Below are positions 42,083 to 52,658 of a stretch of DNA of 64,000 nt, piece after piece. Under the pieces are notes generated by a model. The model saw only the letters and a program-made list of their open reading frames with translations, ran no database searches and was not told where the DNA came from. Made by a program: the position numbers and the translations under genes. Where the stretch lies: positions 11,996 to 75,995 of the IMG/VR virus record IMGVR_UViG_3300017778_004456, one strand, 5' to 3'. The stretch is from a virus. Position 1 is the first letter of the stretch, and every line of letters starts with the position of its first letter.

Positions 42083-42454
42083 CTACTTCCTCTTCGTCAC
42101 CTCGCGAATGTTGGCGACTAAGAACTCCGGACCGTCCAGTGCGTCGTTGTAGGAGACGACACAGTCCTGAGGGGCGAACCATTCCCTAGTCGAGAAGTAC
42201 TTCTCCTTGAGCATCTTTCCCAAGAGGTTGACAGCTTTAAGGGCCTCTGCCTCGGTCTCGGCGACTTGGTAGATCTTCCCCACGGCGCAGAAGCATTTCG
42301 CTTCCGGTAGCTTGCTCCGCTCGATGAGAGGCTTGCCGCTCGCGTACGTTATTCCGCGACCGTGTTCGTCTGCGATAAAGACGCACGTAGTCCAAGACTT
42401 CGGGTTTGCCTCGAAGTCGTCGGCGCACTTGTTGAGAATTTCCTTCGGTGTCAT
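42083..42454 (-). CDS. Hypothetical protein (DUF6197-like), paralog 1
   Basis: MTPKEILNKCADDFEAN...CFCAVGKI...YND. Confidence 0.7.
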   Translation of the reverse strand: MTPKEILNKCADDFEANPKSWTTCVFIADEHGRGITYASGKPLIERSKLPEAKCFCAVGKIYQVAETEAEALKAVNLLGKMLKEKYFSTREWFAPQDCVVSYNDALDGPEFLVANIREVTKRK

Positions 42455-42828
42455 GATTTAGCTGCCTCTTTCATGGTTTCGATGATGTCGTCAACGCGAG
42501 AATGCTGGTCATTCCACTGAATGATGATTCCCTCGTAGTTGTCGTCGTGGTCGGACATCCCCGGAAATATCCGGTTAAGATGCTCGGACAGGAATCGGAT
42601 CGTGGCTTTCGCCTCCTGCACCGAGGGACTGACATGGAAGATCTTCCCAACGGCGCAGAAGCACGCTGCCTCTGGCATCTTTGTTCGATCTATGAGATGA
42701 CGCTCACCCGACGTAGTTGCCAAGAGCTGCTTGCCCTCGCTATCGCCGACGTAGATGCCCTTGATCCAAGAGCGCTTGTTCGCCTCGAAGTCATCGGCGG
42801 CTTTCTTTAGGATTTCTTGCGGTGTCAT
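42451..42828 (-). CDS. Hypothetical protein (DUF6197-like), paralog 2
   Basis: MTPQEILKKAADDFEAN...CFCAVGKI...WND; GAGGAG RBS before ATG 42828. Confidence 0.7.
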   Translation of the reverse strand: MTPQEILKKAADDFEANKRSWIKGIYVGDSEGKQLLATTSGERHLIDRTKMPEAACFCAVGKIFHVSPSVQEAKATIRFLSEHLNRIFPGMSDHDDNYEGIIIQWNDQHSRVDDIIETMKEAAKS

Positions 42829-45158
42829 GTGGTGGTCTCCTCTATGTCCGGCAGGATCTCTACCGGCGTTGATGTTAAACGTGGATATTGTGAGAGTTTC
42901 TCCGGCTTCGGACACTGGCCGGCGAGGTGAGTCCTCCGGGTGAAGGTTCTCGAACGAAGCTCGGCAGTTGCCTCCTGCTCGACCACCGTGCGGACGTATT
43001 GAGTCCCGTACGGAATCGACTGATGGCAATGCCAGCATCGGTATCTCGCGCCGGCGAGGCGCTCGGAACGACGGACGATTCGTTCTATCATAGGATGGGG
43101 TCTCCGCGCTTGATTGGTGTCGGGCCACCCTTGAGATAGGCGATCCAGGTGTCTCGGCCATACTTCCTTCCCGCCAGAGCAGTGAGGTTGCGACCGTCGA
43201 CAGACGGAAAGTTGCCCAGAGTTCCGTGCATCTCGAAGATCACCTGCCACTTCGGCAGATGTCCGCCCTTGGCTTCCAGGATAGCCATCCACTTGCGACA
43301 CTCGCGCATGAGAGCTCGGGTGTCGATCATGTGGGCGTTGAGGTAGAGCGGCACGTCGAACTCGACGATGTCGTGAATGACGATTCCTCCAGGAAGGTCC
43401 TCGCGGTCTTCGTAAAGGGAGATGATTCGTATGCTGTTCTCGCCGATCATGGTTCCCTCAATACTCGTTGCGGAATTGCTCGTACCGTTCCATCTGATTG
43501 ATGGCGTACGAATTCTCGTTGCAGTAGTCCTCGTAGTCTTCGTCCAGGAAGGATTGGACACCCTCCATCCACTCGACTGCTTCCTCGTGCTCGTCGAAGA
43601 ATATGCCGTTGGAGTGAGGACGATAGACTATGCCCTCGCACTTCGGGCACCCGCAGTCGCACTTGTCGGGAACCGTGACATAATACTTCTCTGAGTCCTC
43701 GCTGAACTCGATCTTCCACTCCGTGGTCGCCGCGTGGGGCGATCCGCTATAAGAACGCTTGCTCATAGTATCTCCTCCGGCAGTTGTTGAATGTCCACGA
43801 TGCCGATCTGCCACCAGCGCTCACCGTGAAAGAAACAGTAGTACCAGACCTCGATCTCGTAGGCAGCCTTCTCGGACACGTCTCCAAAGACTATGCCTCC
43901 GTTGACTTCCCAGTAGATCGCTCGCTCAGAACAGCCGGCGAATCCAGAGAGCAGATCGCTGTTGACCTCCTCGTCGACCGGCCTGAACTTGCCCGAGTTC
44001 ATCAGGCACTGAAGGAGTGTCGGTATCATGATAAGTGGCGTCTCAGAGACGCGGATGTAGTCGTCTGACATCACTGTCCCCTTATGTTCCGAGTGACCGC
44101 ATAGCCTGCCTCAGTGAGAGCATTGTAGATCTCCTGAGGGTCGATGGCTGGTCGGGCGGCAATCTTCTCCAGAGAATCCGCAATGCGCTTGAGCGAGATA
44201 GCTTGGCTCTTGGCGACGCGGAACTGAGAGTTCTCAGTCCAGTCCTCGGGCATAGACTCCAGCTGACTTGATGGTGCTTGATCTCGGTTAGTCATTGGGT
44301 TTCCTCGTTTCATCGATCTCGAGATGGTACGCAACCGCGTATCCCAGATCCGTTATCTTGTAGACCTTGGGCGATCCCTTCAGGCGGGTATTGACCCGGT
44401 GGAAGACGAACAGCTTGTTACTGAGCCACCACTTCGGCGGAGGCACAGAGGATACTGACTCGCCGACGAACGCCTGAATTCTGTAGTACAGGATATCAGT
44501 CGACGAGAGCTTCTTGGTGAGCCGATCCGCAAGGGCTCGGGACTTGGATGGTGTGGTCATTTCTTTCTCCCTATTGCAGTCAAATCATCACTAGCGCCGA
44601 TGTACATGTAGGCTCCCTTATTGCATACCGGAGCCGAGGACCGAAGTTTACGCTCGATTTCGGCCCGTACTGTCCTCTTCTCAACGAGCATCGATTTGAG
44701 CAAGGGCTCTTTCTCCTGAACGAATACTACTCCTGCGAGATCGCTCGTGGGCGGCAGATTTGCGTCTGGGACGAAAGCCTCGGGAAGATTCCAGGACCTG
44801 CCGGGGAGAGGCTTGCGAGCCTTGACTCGAACATGCTTCTTACGTCGAAGAGTCATACGTCTCTCCCTGCGAAGTCAGCCGTGGCCGACTCCAGGCTGGT
44901 GTGATAGGATCCCCACATCCACTCTCCGTGGGCGAGTGACTCGTCCGAGACCATGCAGACCACGAACGGGTGATAGGTGTTGTGCGGGATGTGAATCAAT
45001 GCGTGTGAGAGTCCGGGTGCTTGGCCCTCGGACTGACGGATCCACTTACGATGTTTGATGTCTAGAGTACGAGGCACTGGAATCTCCGTGTGCTTGACGG
45101 CGTGGCTCGGCGATATTCCGCCGGATGCGGCGTGTGCTGCATTATAAAGGCATAGCAC
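42825..45158 (-). other. Eight small coupled hypothetical genes (42825-43091, 43088-43450, 43458-43766, 43763-44074, 44071-44334, 44288-44560, 44557-44856, 44853-45158)
   Basis: Overlapping start/stop codons and RBS motifs. Confidence 0.6.
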
Positions 45159-46367
45159 GGGGCGGCGTTTTGAGCTAGGGTACGCTTAGTCCGCAAGCTC
45201 CTTGGAGGAGTCGTCTGGATAGGTAGATAAAAGGCGTCTGTATCTGGAGGTCATTCGTCAGATATCGACTGCGTCACTGGGAAGTACTTAGGTACTCGAG
45301 CGCGATCCACAAGATAGACGCATTTCTGCGGATAGGAGAGATTAGGGACATGTGGAACGTAGAGAATTCGGTAGGAGTGAGGATAGCTCTGGATCTCGTC
45401 AACGAGGGAATCTAGCTCTAGGAGATTCCTCAAGTGAGGATTCCACCCGAAGCTGTGTCCACGCTCGAGAAGAATCCTTGGATCCACGGTGCGATGAGGG
45501 ATTTTGGGATCCACGCAGAATAGCATCCTACCATATCCAGTCACGATATGATAGGAGAGGGAGATCTTGACCGGGAATCCCATGAAGATCATCACCCATG
45601 GAGGTGAAGATTGTGGGAGCGTCGCGGATAGAGCTTTGAGGGTGAAGCGAGGATTCATGCGGGCTAGGTTAGGCGGGATGCATGTGTCGTACAAGGTGAG
45701 GATTCTTCAGTAGGGACAGAAGGTCGTTACGGCGTGTCGGTACAAATCGCTGCGGTTGGCGTTGTTCCATGTACGAGTTTGGGTTTTCATTAAGTTTGGT
45801 CATAACCTCGGTGGTTAAAGGTTGAAGTGTGTGTCTTTGTACAAATCGCTTTTGTGTTTGGAATAAATATATGAGCTATGTAGAAAGTTGTAGCGGAACT
45901 GTGGAACATGATTATAGGTCACTGTGAGACTCGGGAAGGAGGGCGGTTCCGGTCTGTTCCATGGTTCCATGGTTTTCGGTTTTTGCCGGTTTATGGGTTC
46001 TACCAAACAGGAGCGAATGGTTTGTACCGGAAGAGGAATTATTCCTGTAATTCCAAGGCACTCAGTTGTGTTAGTGGACCGCTGGTCGTTGCGGTGGCGG
46101 AACACGCTCACTTGTTCCGTGGCATTCTTGTACCAGATTCTCAGGAGTTTAAGACTCAGCGTAGGTCTGGAAGCCGGGAACGGGGCAAAATCAAGGAGAT
46201 CGTCAATCAAATTTTGACATTCCAACCACTGATGCCGGCGATCGGGTCCGTGTCAAAATCTCCCCAGCAGAGATTCGTCCACTCTTAAGAGTCGCTGGTC
46301 GGTCTCATACGGAATCGGCCCAGGACTCGCATCCTGGGCCGACCCGACAGTATTGAATTGACGTGAA

Positions 46368-46706
46368 TTACATCTTCACTCGACGGAAGGCTGACCCGGA
46401 TGGGGAGATCCGATACAGTCCCTGACCGTCGGCACAGATGACGTCGTACATATCCGTGTCATCCGTGTTCCGTTGGATTCGGACGCCCTCGGCCTCGTCT
46501 GGACGAATGAGCTGAATCGCCAACAGACCTGTGATCAGGTCCTCGTAGTCACCTCGAGCGATGGAGCCCGGACGAACGTCGATTCCGACACCCGACTGAG
46601 CCCACGTCAGTTCTGGAAGATTCCAGATCGTGACGTACATCTTAGCGGTCGGCCTGATGGCGATGACCTCCGCTGACTTACCTGTTCTCTTCCGCATTGC
46701 CGACAC
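46368..46706 (-). CDS. Hypothetical protein
   Basis: GGAG RBS with GTG start; followed by hairpin 46315-46342. Confidence 0.6.
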   Translation of the reverse strand: MSAMRKRTGKSAEVIAIRPTAKMYVTIWNLPELTWAQSGVGIDVRPGSIARGDYEDLITGLLAIQLIRPDEAEGVRIQRNTDDTDMYDVICADGQGLYRISPSGSAFRRVKM

Positions 46707-46920
46707 TATGATCTCCGCGCTTGTGGACGCTGTTACTTATACCCTAACGGTAAGCCATGATAACGCCCAGCGCAACAATCTTATGGTCTTCCAGTATCAA
46801 CCTCCTCACGTGGACGACATAGCCTATTGCCTGGACGAACGTTTGCGCGTACATTATGCTCATGGTTGGCGGCAAGCCCGTCCACCATCACAGCAACGAG
46901 TCCACAAAGGAACTGAGACC

Positions 46921-47427
46921 ATGAACACCAAGACATCCACGTCCAAGCTGCCGATGGCCGCGACCGACAAGAAGACCGACGTCGCCGACCCGACTGCCAA
47001 GGCCCCCAAGACTCCGGGCGGCGTTGACATCTCGGCGGCGAAAGCCAAGGCATCCTCCAAGGATGCCGACGCTGCGAAGTTCGTAGGCAACTACACTCGC
47101 CTGACGACCCTCGCGGCCCTGAGCTTCGACGCTCTGGCGGCTGAAGTCGGCGATGTGGGCGCGACGCCTGCGGAACTGGCCGACACCACGAAGTGGCTGG
47201 CCTCGGACGACGAGAAGCTTCTGACAGCCAACCGTTCGCCCATTCGCAACGCGATCATCGCCATCTGCCGAGCCAACCCCGGCGTTGAAGCCCGCGCGAT
47301 CCACCTGATCATGCGAGCCACAGCCGGCGAGAGCTACCGCGGCTCGTACGACAAGGGCTACCTCTACGCGCCGAACTCCAAGACGCGCGGGATGGAAGCA
47401 CGCGGCCTCGTTATCCGGCAGGCGTAA
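46921..47427 (+). CDS. Ala/Lys-rich putative DNA-binding early protein
   Basis: AAAGGA RBS, upstream TGGACG-17-TATGCT promoter-like sequence and downstream hairpin. Confidence 0.7.
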   Translation: MNTKTSTSKLPMAATDKKTDVADPTAKAPKTPGGVDISAAKAKASSKDADAAKFVGNYTRLTTLAALSFDALAAEVGDVGATPAELADTTKWLASDDEKLLTANRSPIRNAIIAICRANPGVEARAIHLIMRATAGESYRGSYDKGYLYAPNSKTRGMEARGLVIRQA

Positions 47428-48877
47428 GTCGGCCAGGACGACAGGTAACTAGACGGAGGCGGACTGGGTGCAAGCTCAGTCCGCCTCTGACGAGAGGCTC
47501 TTAAGGAGTCTTAAGAATCCCAGATTATGGAGAAGAGAATGAGCGAAGCAAGTCGAGAACTATTGAGCGAAACCTTGATGACGGCTGGGATAGACGGAAA
47601 CACCGAGTGGTTCTACCCTCTGGTAACCGCCATCTCGACGGACCTAGAGACAGGCGAGGACCTGGAATCCCCGGAGCAGACTCCGATGATCACGGTCGAC
47701 CTAACGAGGGAGCACCTGGACTGGATTGTCAGGAATGTCGCAGTCCAATGGGAGGGCCGAGACCCACAGAGTCTGTGGGTCGGGGAGAGTGAGCTGTTCG
47801 TTCGGGAGACTCTGTGGTCGAAGCGATTCGCCTACGTCGTGCTCCAGGACGTGAAGGGCGGATTCATCTGCTGGGTCTGGCAGAGCGACCGAGCCGGAGT
47901 CTTAAGAATCGCCAGCCCTCACCTGTCTGTTCCAGCGGGAGTCCTGGAGAGTGAGTCGATTCGAGTTCTGGAGCTTCTCCAGTCCCGGGCCAACTCCTGA
48001 CCACACTGGCGACACAGCGTAGGGGCGCACTCCAGGGCGGGTAGGCTGGGCCAGCACACCCGCCCTGGATGCTGCGTAGAGTAAGCGTAGGCTTGCCTGA
48101 CGAGGTTCACGCGCGTACCTTGTAGGGGCTGGCAACGGGCCAGCGTCAGGTTATGGAGACAGAAGTGACCGTTGAAGAACTAGGAATCCAGGTTGACAAG
48201 ATGAAGGTGAAAGCCTTCGACCTGATGAAGAACTCCGAGCACGTGAATCCTCAGCACGCCGGGTACGAGACCTACGCCGACCTCTGTGCGGCGACAGTCA
48301 AGGCGACCCAGAAGGTGATCATCAAGTTGATCACCGACTGGGAACGCAAGAACCCGATGGAGGACTAGATGAGCAATTTATCATGGATGAAGCAATCACA
48401 ACTCGGGCTGTTCGAGCTATCACTCGCACAGCTCGGACTCGAAATGATGCCGATCGACGAGGACGAGAGCGAGGCATACTACGAGACGATCTACAAGTGT
48501 CGTCAGTTAGTCAACAGGTGCCGACCGAGTCTGTCACTCATGCTCCGAGTCGGCGTCGAGGTATCGTATGTTGATGTCTGGCGAATGCAGATCGAGGAGA
48601 GCGACGAGTATCTCGTGCGATTCTGGACGAGCAAAGGCCCGGATTTTGACGAGGCCGAGTTCCACCTAGCGCAGGAGATTGCTGAGTGATCTACGCAGTC
48701 TACGACCGAGCGGAACGGAGGACTCTCGCCAAGAAATCCGACCGGAAGGAGGATCTCAAAGGGCTGAGAGACAACCTGGAGAGACTCCACGCGACGATGG
48801 ACGTTCCACGAGACCGGGACGGCATTCCTCTGGACGAGAATAGACGCAGGTTTGTTATCCGGCCGATGCAGTAACAC

Positions 48878-48906
48878 TTGCCAGACGACCCGGCTTGGCG
48901 CATATT
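48878..48906 (+). promoter_or_regulatory. sigma70-like promoter
   Basis: TTGCCA-17-CATATT with GCTTG in the spacer. Confidence 0.6.
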
Positions 48907-49678
48907 GCATGTACGCGCTGGGTGACCCGGTTCTTACCGGACAATCTGCCCAGTTGGCCTGATCTCGGGCCATCATGCAAGCCTCAAACCAGAGGCAGAG
49001 GTCTGAGTCGGGGCAGTCATCCCCGACACTCATGGAGTACCTGAAGTGAGAAATCATTGGAACAACTGGGGCCGGGAGATCACCGGCTGGGGATTGATCC
49101 TGGTCATCGTGTGCACGGGATCGTGGTTCGGAGCCGAGGTTGGCGCGAACTACATCCGCGCGCTGATCGACGGCGGACAGTGGGGGAAATAGTCATGTTG
49201 AGCAAAGAACTCAAGCACAAGATCCGCAGAGCGTGGGCTCGCAAAGCCTGGGAGGACGGTCCCACGGACACTCTGGCCCTCAAGCAGGAGATCCGCGACC
49301 TGATGGATGTCCTGGCTGTGGACGGGAAGGTCGGCCTCGTCATCTGGCAGATGGACTGCGATTGTGCGTCCTGGACCAGCCTGATGGTGATCGAGAACTC
49401 GCTGGTTGACTACAACCGGGCGATCACCGGCGTCTACTCCAATGCGGAGGGACCGGTCCGGATCCACTTGGCGAGCCCAGACACCGAGGTCCAGCGCAAC
49501 GAGCGGGACCACGCTCTGGAGGCCCACGAAGACGGACACCCCTACTCCGTCTCGTACTGAGATTAGAGCGGCGAGGAGACAGCTTCTCGCCGCTCTGGTC
49601 TATAGGTCAGTCTGGGACTCTTAAGAATCGCAGAGGACTCTTAAGAATCGCGGTGTGGTCTGTGGGATGCTAAGATGC

Positions 49679-49707
49679 TTGCATGACGCGCGTGCTTGTG
49701 GCATGTT
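49679..49707 (+). promoter_or_regulatory. sigma70-like promoter
   Basis: TTGCAT-17-CATGTT with GCTTG in the spacer. Confidence 0.6.
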
Positions 49708-50297
49708 GCAAGTACGCCGCAGTTGGCGTGTCAAGGGACCTATCCACATGATAAGTCGCATCCGCATAATCACTCCCGAGGGCCGAGTCCACGTGGTTGA
49801 TCAGAGCTGGTCTCAGCTCTGCCAGACGATCCGTCCTCTCTCAGACGAGGACAAGAAGGAGTTCTGGAACAAGAAGTCCATGCCTCTGCCCGAGGGCGGA
49901 AGCGTGAAGCTGGTCCTGGAGGGCGTGTGATGTACGACATGATTCACACGTTCAACACCGGCCGGAAATACACGGTCCACGGTCAGCGCATCATCGCGAA
50001 GTCTCGTACTGATGGACGAGGTCCGATCCTGTTCAACGATCTGGACCGCATGATCTACGGTTCTCTGGACCGAGAACCTCCGGAGGGATGGGCAAGTCTC
50101 ACCGAGAAGGAGCGTCAGAGCTACATCCTGCACGAGTACGACTGCGGATACTACCGCTGGCACCAGGATGCTGACGCCCTGAGGAAAGAGTGGCAGTAGA
50201 TCTCACCGGCGAGGAGATGACTTCTCGCCGGTTGGGTCTATTCGTCTGTCTGGGACTCTTAAGAATCGCAGCGAGTATGTTGGGATGCTACCTACCC

Positions 50298-50326
50298 TTG
50301 CATGATACGCGTGCTTGGCGTACCTT
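50298..50326 (+). promoter_or_regulatory. sigma70-like promoter
   Basis: TTGCAT-17-TACCTT; near copy of the 49679 promoter. Confidence 0.55.
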
Positions 50327-50767
50327 GTAAGGGTAGGTAGCAAAGGAGAATCTACATGGGATTTCAATCAGGCGCGAAACATCAGCGATCCGCGGTCCGA
50401 GCAGCTCTGGAGGACCTGATGAAGGTCAACTGTGCCAGACTCGCCGAGGACCAGGACTTCCCTGAGCGGGAGCTCTTCGAGAACAGCGACCAGGACAACG
50501 AAGGCTGGGAGAAAGTCATCGACATCCAAGTCGAGTGGGAGACGGCCCGGATCTGGGAGCACTCTGAAGACAACAGACTCATTGTCGTCCTGTCTGACGG
50601 CGGAAACGAGGATGATTACGAGGTTTGGGAAGTAGCCTAGACAACGGGGAACGGAGGCAAGACAGATAGGGAGCGGAGGCGAGACAAGGCCTCCGCTTCC
50701 GCTCAACTTGGATGCAAGGACTCTTAAGAATCACAGCATGGTCATTTTGACCACATGATACTTGCAA

Positions 50768-50795
50768 TTGACAGCCTGACCGGCTATGGTATAGT
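50768..50795 (+). promoter_or_regulatory. sigma70-like promoter
   Basis: TTGACA-16-TATAGT. Confidence 0.6.
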
Positions 50796-51819
50796 GTGGC
50801 TGGGGTCGTCCCAGAGTCCACAGTGCAAGATGGAGCTGAAGTCTATGCTGAACATTATGACTCTTGAGCGTCCTGTGATCCAGGGCCCCTCAGGTGCTGA
50901 GACCCCGAGAATCGCTGAGGAAGCCCAGTCCACGGACTATGACTGGCTTCCACGGTGTTCCACGCCGATCCGCGTGGTTCCGCGGATGCCCAAAACGATC
51001 CGCACCATCGGATACGCTTCCAGGCAATACGAGGTTTCCGCAGGCGTGGAAGAAATCGTGAAGAAGGCCGGAGGGATGTGGACCTACATGAACGGAAAGT
51101 ACTTCCCGAGCAAGGGCCGCACGAAGCAGAACGAGGCGAACCTGGTCAAGGCCGGTCTCATCGCGGTGTGTAGCGACCGGAGCAAAAAGGTGGTGTTGAT
51201 GCTCGAAAAAGAGCTCAAGACGCTGCTCGGGTAGTGGTCATTTAACTATCAGGCGTGTAAGCTGGGGCAGGCAAGGCGTTGGTCTTGTCTGCCCTTACGC
51301 ATGGAGAGAACGAAGTGCAAATGGATATCGATGAACTGGTCGGTGCTGACCCGAACACTTGGCGTCTAGCCGACCGGAATCTGGCACGTGAGGTCAAGTT
51401 TCCGGAAGTGGGAGTGGTATTCCTGTCTGGTAAGCCGGGTGCGAAACTGGTTCCACGGGAGTGTAAGTCGCTGAAGCCGATGGGTGCTTCGGCTATGCGG
51501 CACGGAAACCTGACGTGCTGCTACGTTGAGTACGAGGAACTGAGGGATGGGATGTGGTATCGTCACATTCATGGGCATTGGGCGACCTTGGATGGTCACC
51601 GTGTCCGTCAGTGTTGGTTAGTCGCCGCGAAGTAGCGGAGGGTAATCCCGACCCGGTCAGTGAATGCTGACCGGGTCTCCCCGGCCGAAAGATGTTGACT
51701 CTTAAGAGTCTGGCCTAGATCTCCCCCGCGGAGAGATGATCAGTCTTAAGAGTCCACGGCAGACTCTTAAGATTCCCCGGGTCTCCCTCGCGGCGATTTG
51801 GATTCCTGGATGCCCTACC

Positions 51820-51897
51820 CGGCACGGTACGTACCGTTTTACCTAGGCGGCACGGTACGTACCGTTTTACCTAGGCGGCACGGTACGTACCGTGCCG
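51820..51897. repeat. 28-bp tandem repeat x2 plus a third partial copy forming a perfect 22-bp palindrome
   Basis: CGGCACGGTACGTACCGTTTTACCTAGG at 51820 and 51848; CGGCACGGTACGTACCGTGCCG at 51876-51897. Confidence 0.95.
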
Positions 51898-52052
51898 TAT
51901 GGGCTACCCTAGGGGCAACCTGCCTGCGGCATAATGCCGCACCCCGGTTCCGTGGCATGGTTTGTGGCAATGCATGTACCGTGCCAAGCGCCGCCCGCCT
52001 ACCTGCGGCATATAGCCGCACCCTTTGGGGCGTTTTTGTTGCTTGGGGCTAG

Positions 52053-52081
52053 TTGCAATTGGCAATGGCTTGGGCCATGTT
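52053..52081 (+). promoter_or_regulatory. sigma70-like promoter of the GA/TC-free gene
   Basis: TTGCAA-17-CATGTT with GCTTG in the spacer, same pattern as 48878 and 49679. Confidence 0.6.
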
Positions 52082-52127
52082 GCTTGTGCGGCGCAATTGC
52101 CGCGTTACCCAAGTAAAGGCCACCACT

Positions 52128-52601
52128 ATGCAAAAGCAAACCAAAGCCCCCGCCACCGCCGCTGCAACGCCCGCCGTTGCGCCTGCAACGCCCGTACAGG
52201 CGCTTACGCCGCGCCCCGTGCGGGTTGCCGCCCACGCTGGCATTGCCGCCGCAGCGGGCAAGCTGGCCGCAGGCACGGCTAGCCCCACTGTACCGCGCGG
52301 TTGCCCTGCTACTGTGTACCTTACCGCCCAAGGCATTGCCTTGGGCGCGCCGGGTGCAGCCGGTAGCGGCCTAGCGTGGGCGCTGGCGCAATGCGCCTAC
52401 GCTACCGCACAAGCAACGGGCGGCAATGTGCCCCAAGCTGGCCACGCTGTTAATAGCGCCATGCTTGCCGCCGCGCTTGTGCGGGCGGGCATTACGCCGG
52501 GCTACCTTACCGGTAGCTACGTTGCAGGTAGCGCCAAGCACGCCAAGGGCCAAACCAATAAGCAACGCTTGGCCGTGCTGGCCTATGCCGCGCCCACCTA
52601 G
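52128..52601 (+). CDS. 157-aa Ala-rich basic protein with no Asp or Glu, encoded without any GA or TC dinucleotide
   Basis: ATG 52128 after AAAGG, TAG stop, flanked by a promoter and a terminator. Confidence 0.7.
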   Translation: MQKQTKAPATAAATPAVAPATPVQALTPRPVRVAAHAGIAAAAGKLAAGTASPTVPRGCPATVYLTAQGIALGAPGAAGSGLAWALAQCAYATAQATGGNVPQAGHAVNSAMLAAALVRAGITPGYLTGSYVAGSAKHAKGQTNKQRLAVLAYAAPT

Positions 52602-52625
52602 GGCGGCAACGTAAGGCAAGCATAG

Positions 52626-52658
52626 GCGCCCCGGCAGCAATGCCGGGGCGCTTTGCTT
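52626..52658 (+). terminator. Intrinsic terminator
   Basis: gcgccccggca-GCAA-tgccggggcgc then tttgctt; lies at the convergence of + and - gene blocks. Confidence 0.75.

Larger units (their letters stand above)
47527..51635 (+). other. Early-type region of short genes in small transcription units (47527-48000, 48153-48368, 48369-48689, 48686-48874, ~49195-49560, ~49748-49930, 49927-50199, 50356-50640, ~50830-51234, ~51321-51635)
   Basis: Short ORFs with RBSs, separated by hairpins and sigma70-like promoters. Confidence 0.65.
46280..51775. repeat. Dispersed 14-bp palindrome GANTC-TTAA-GANTC
   Basis: Exact matches start at 47506, 47897, 49616, 49636, 50254, 50719, 51697 and 51762; one-mismatch copies at 46280, 51741 and 34122. 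Confidence 0.92.

Noticed and set aside
51820-51897. CRISPR array
   Set aside because: The 28-bp repeats abut with no spacers and no cas genes are visible.
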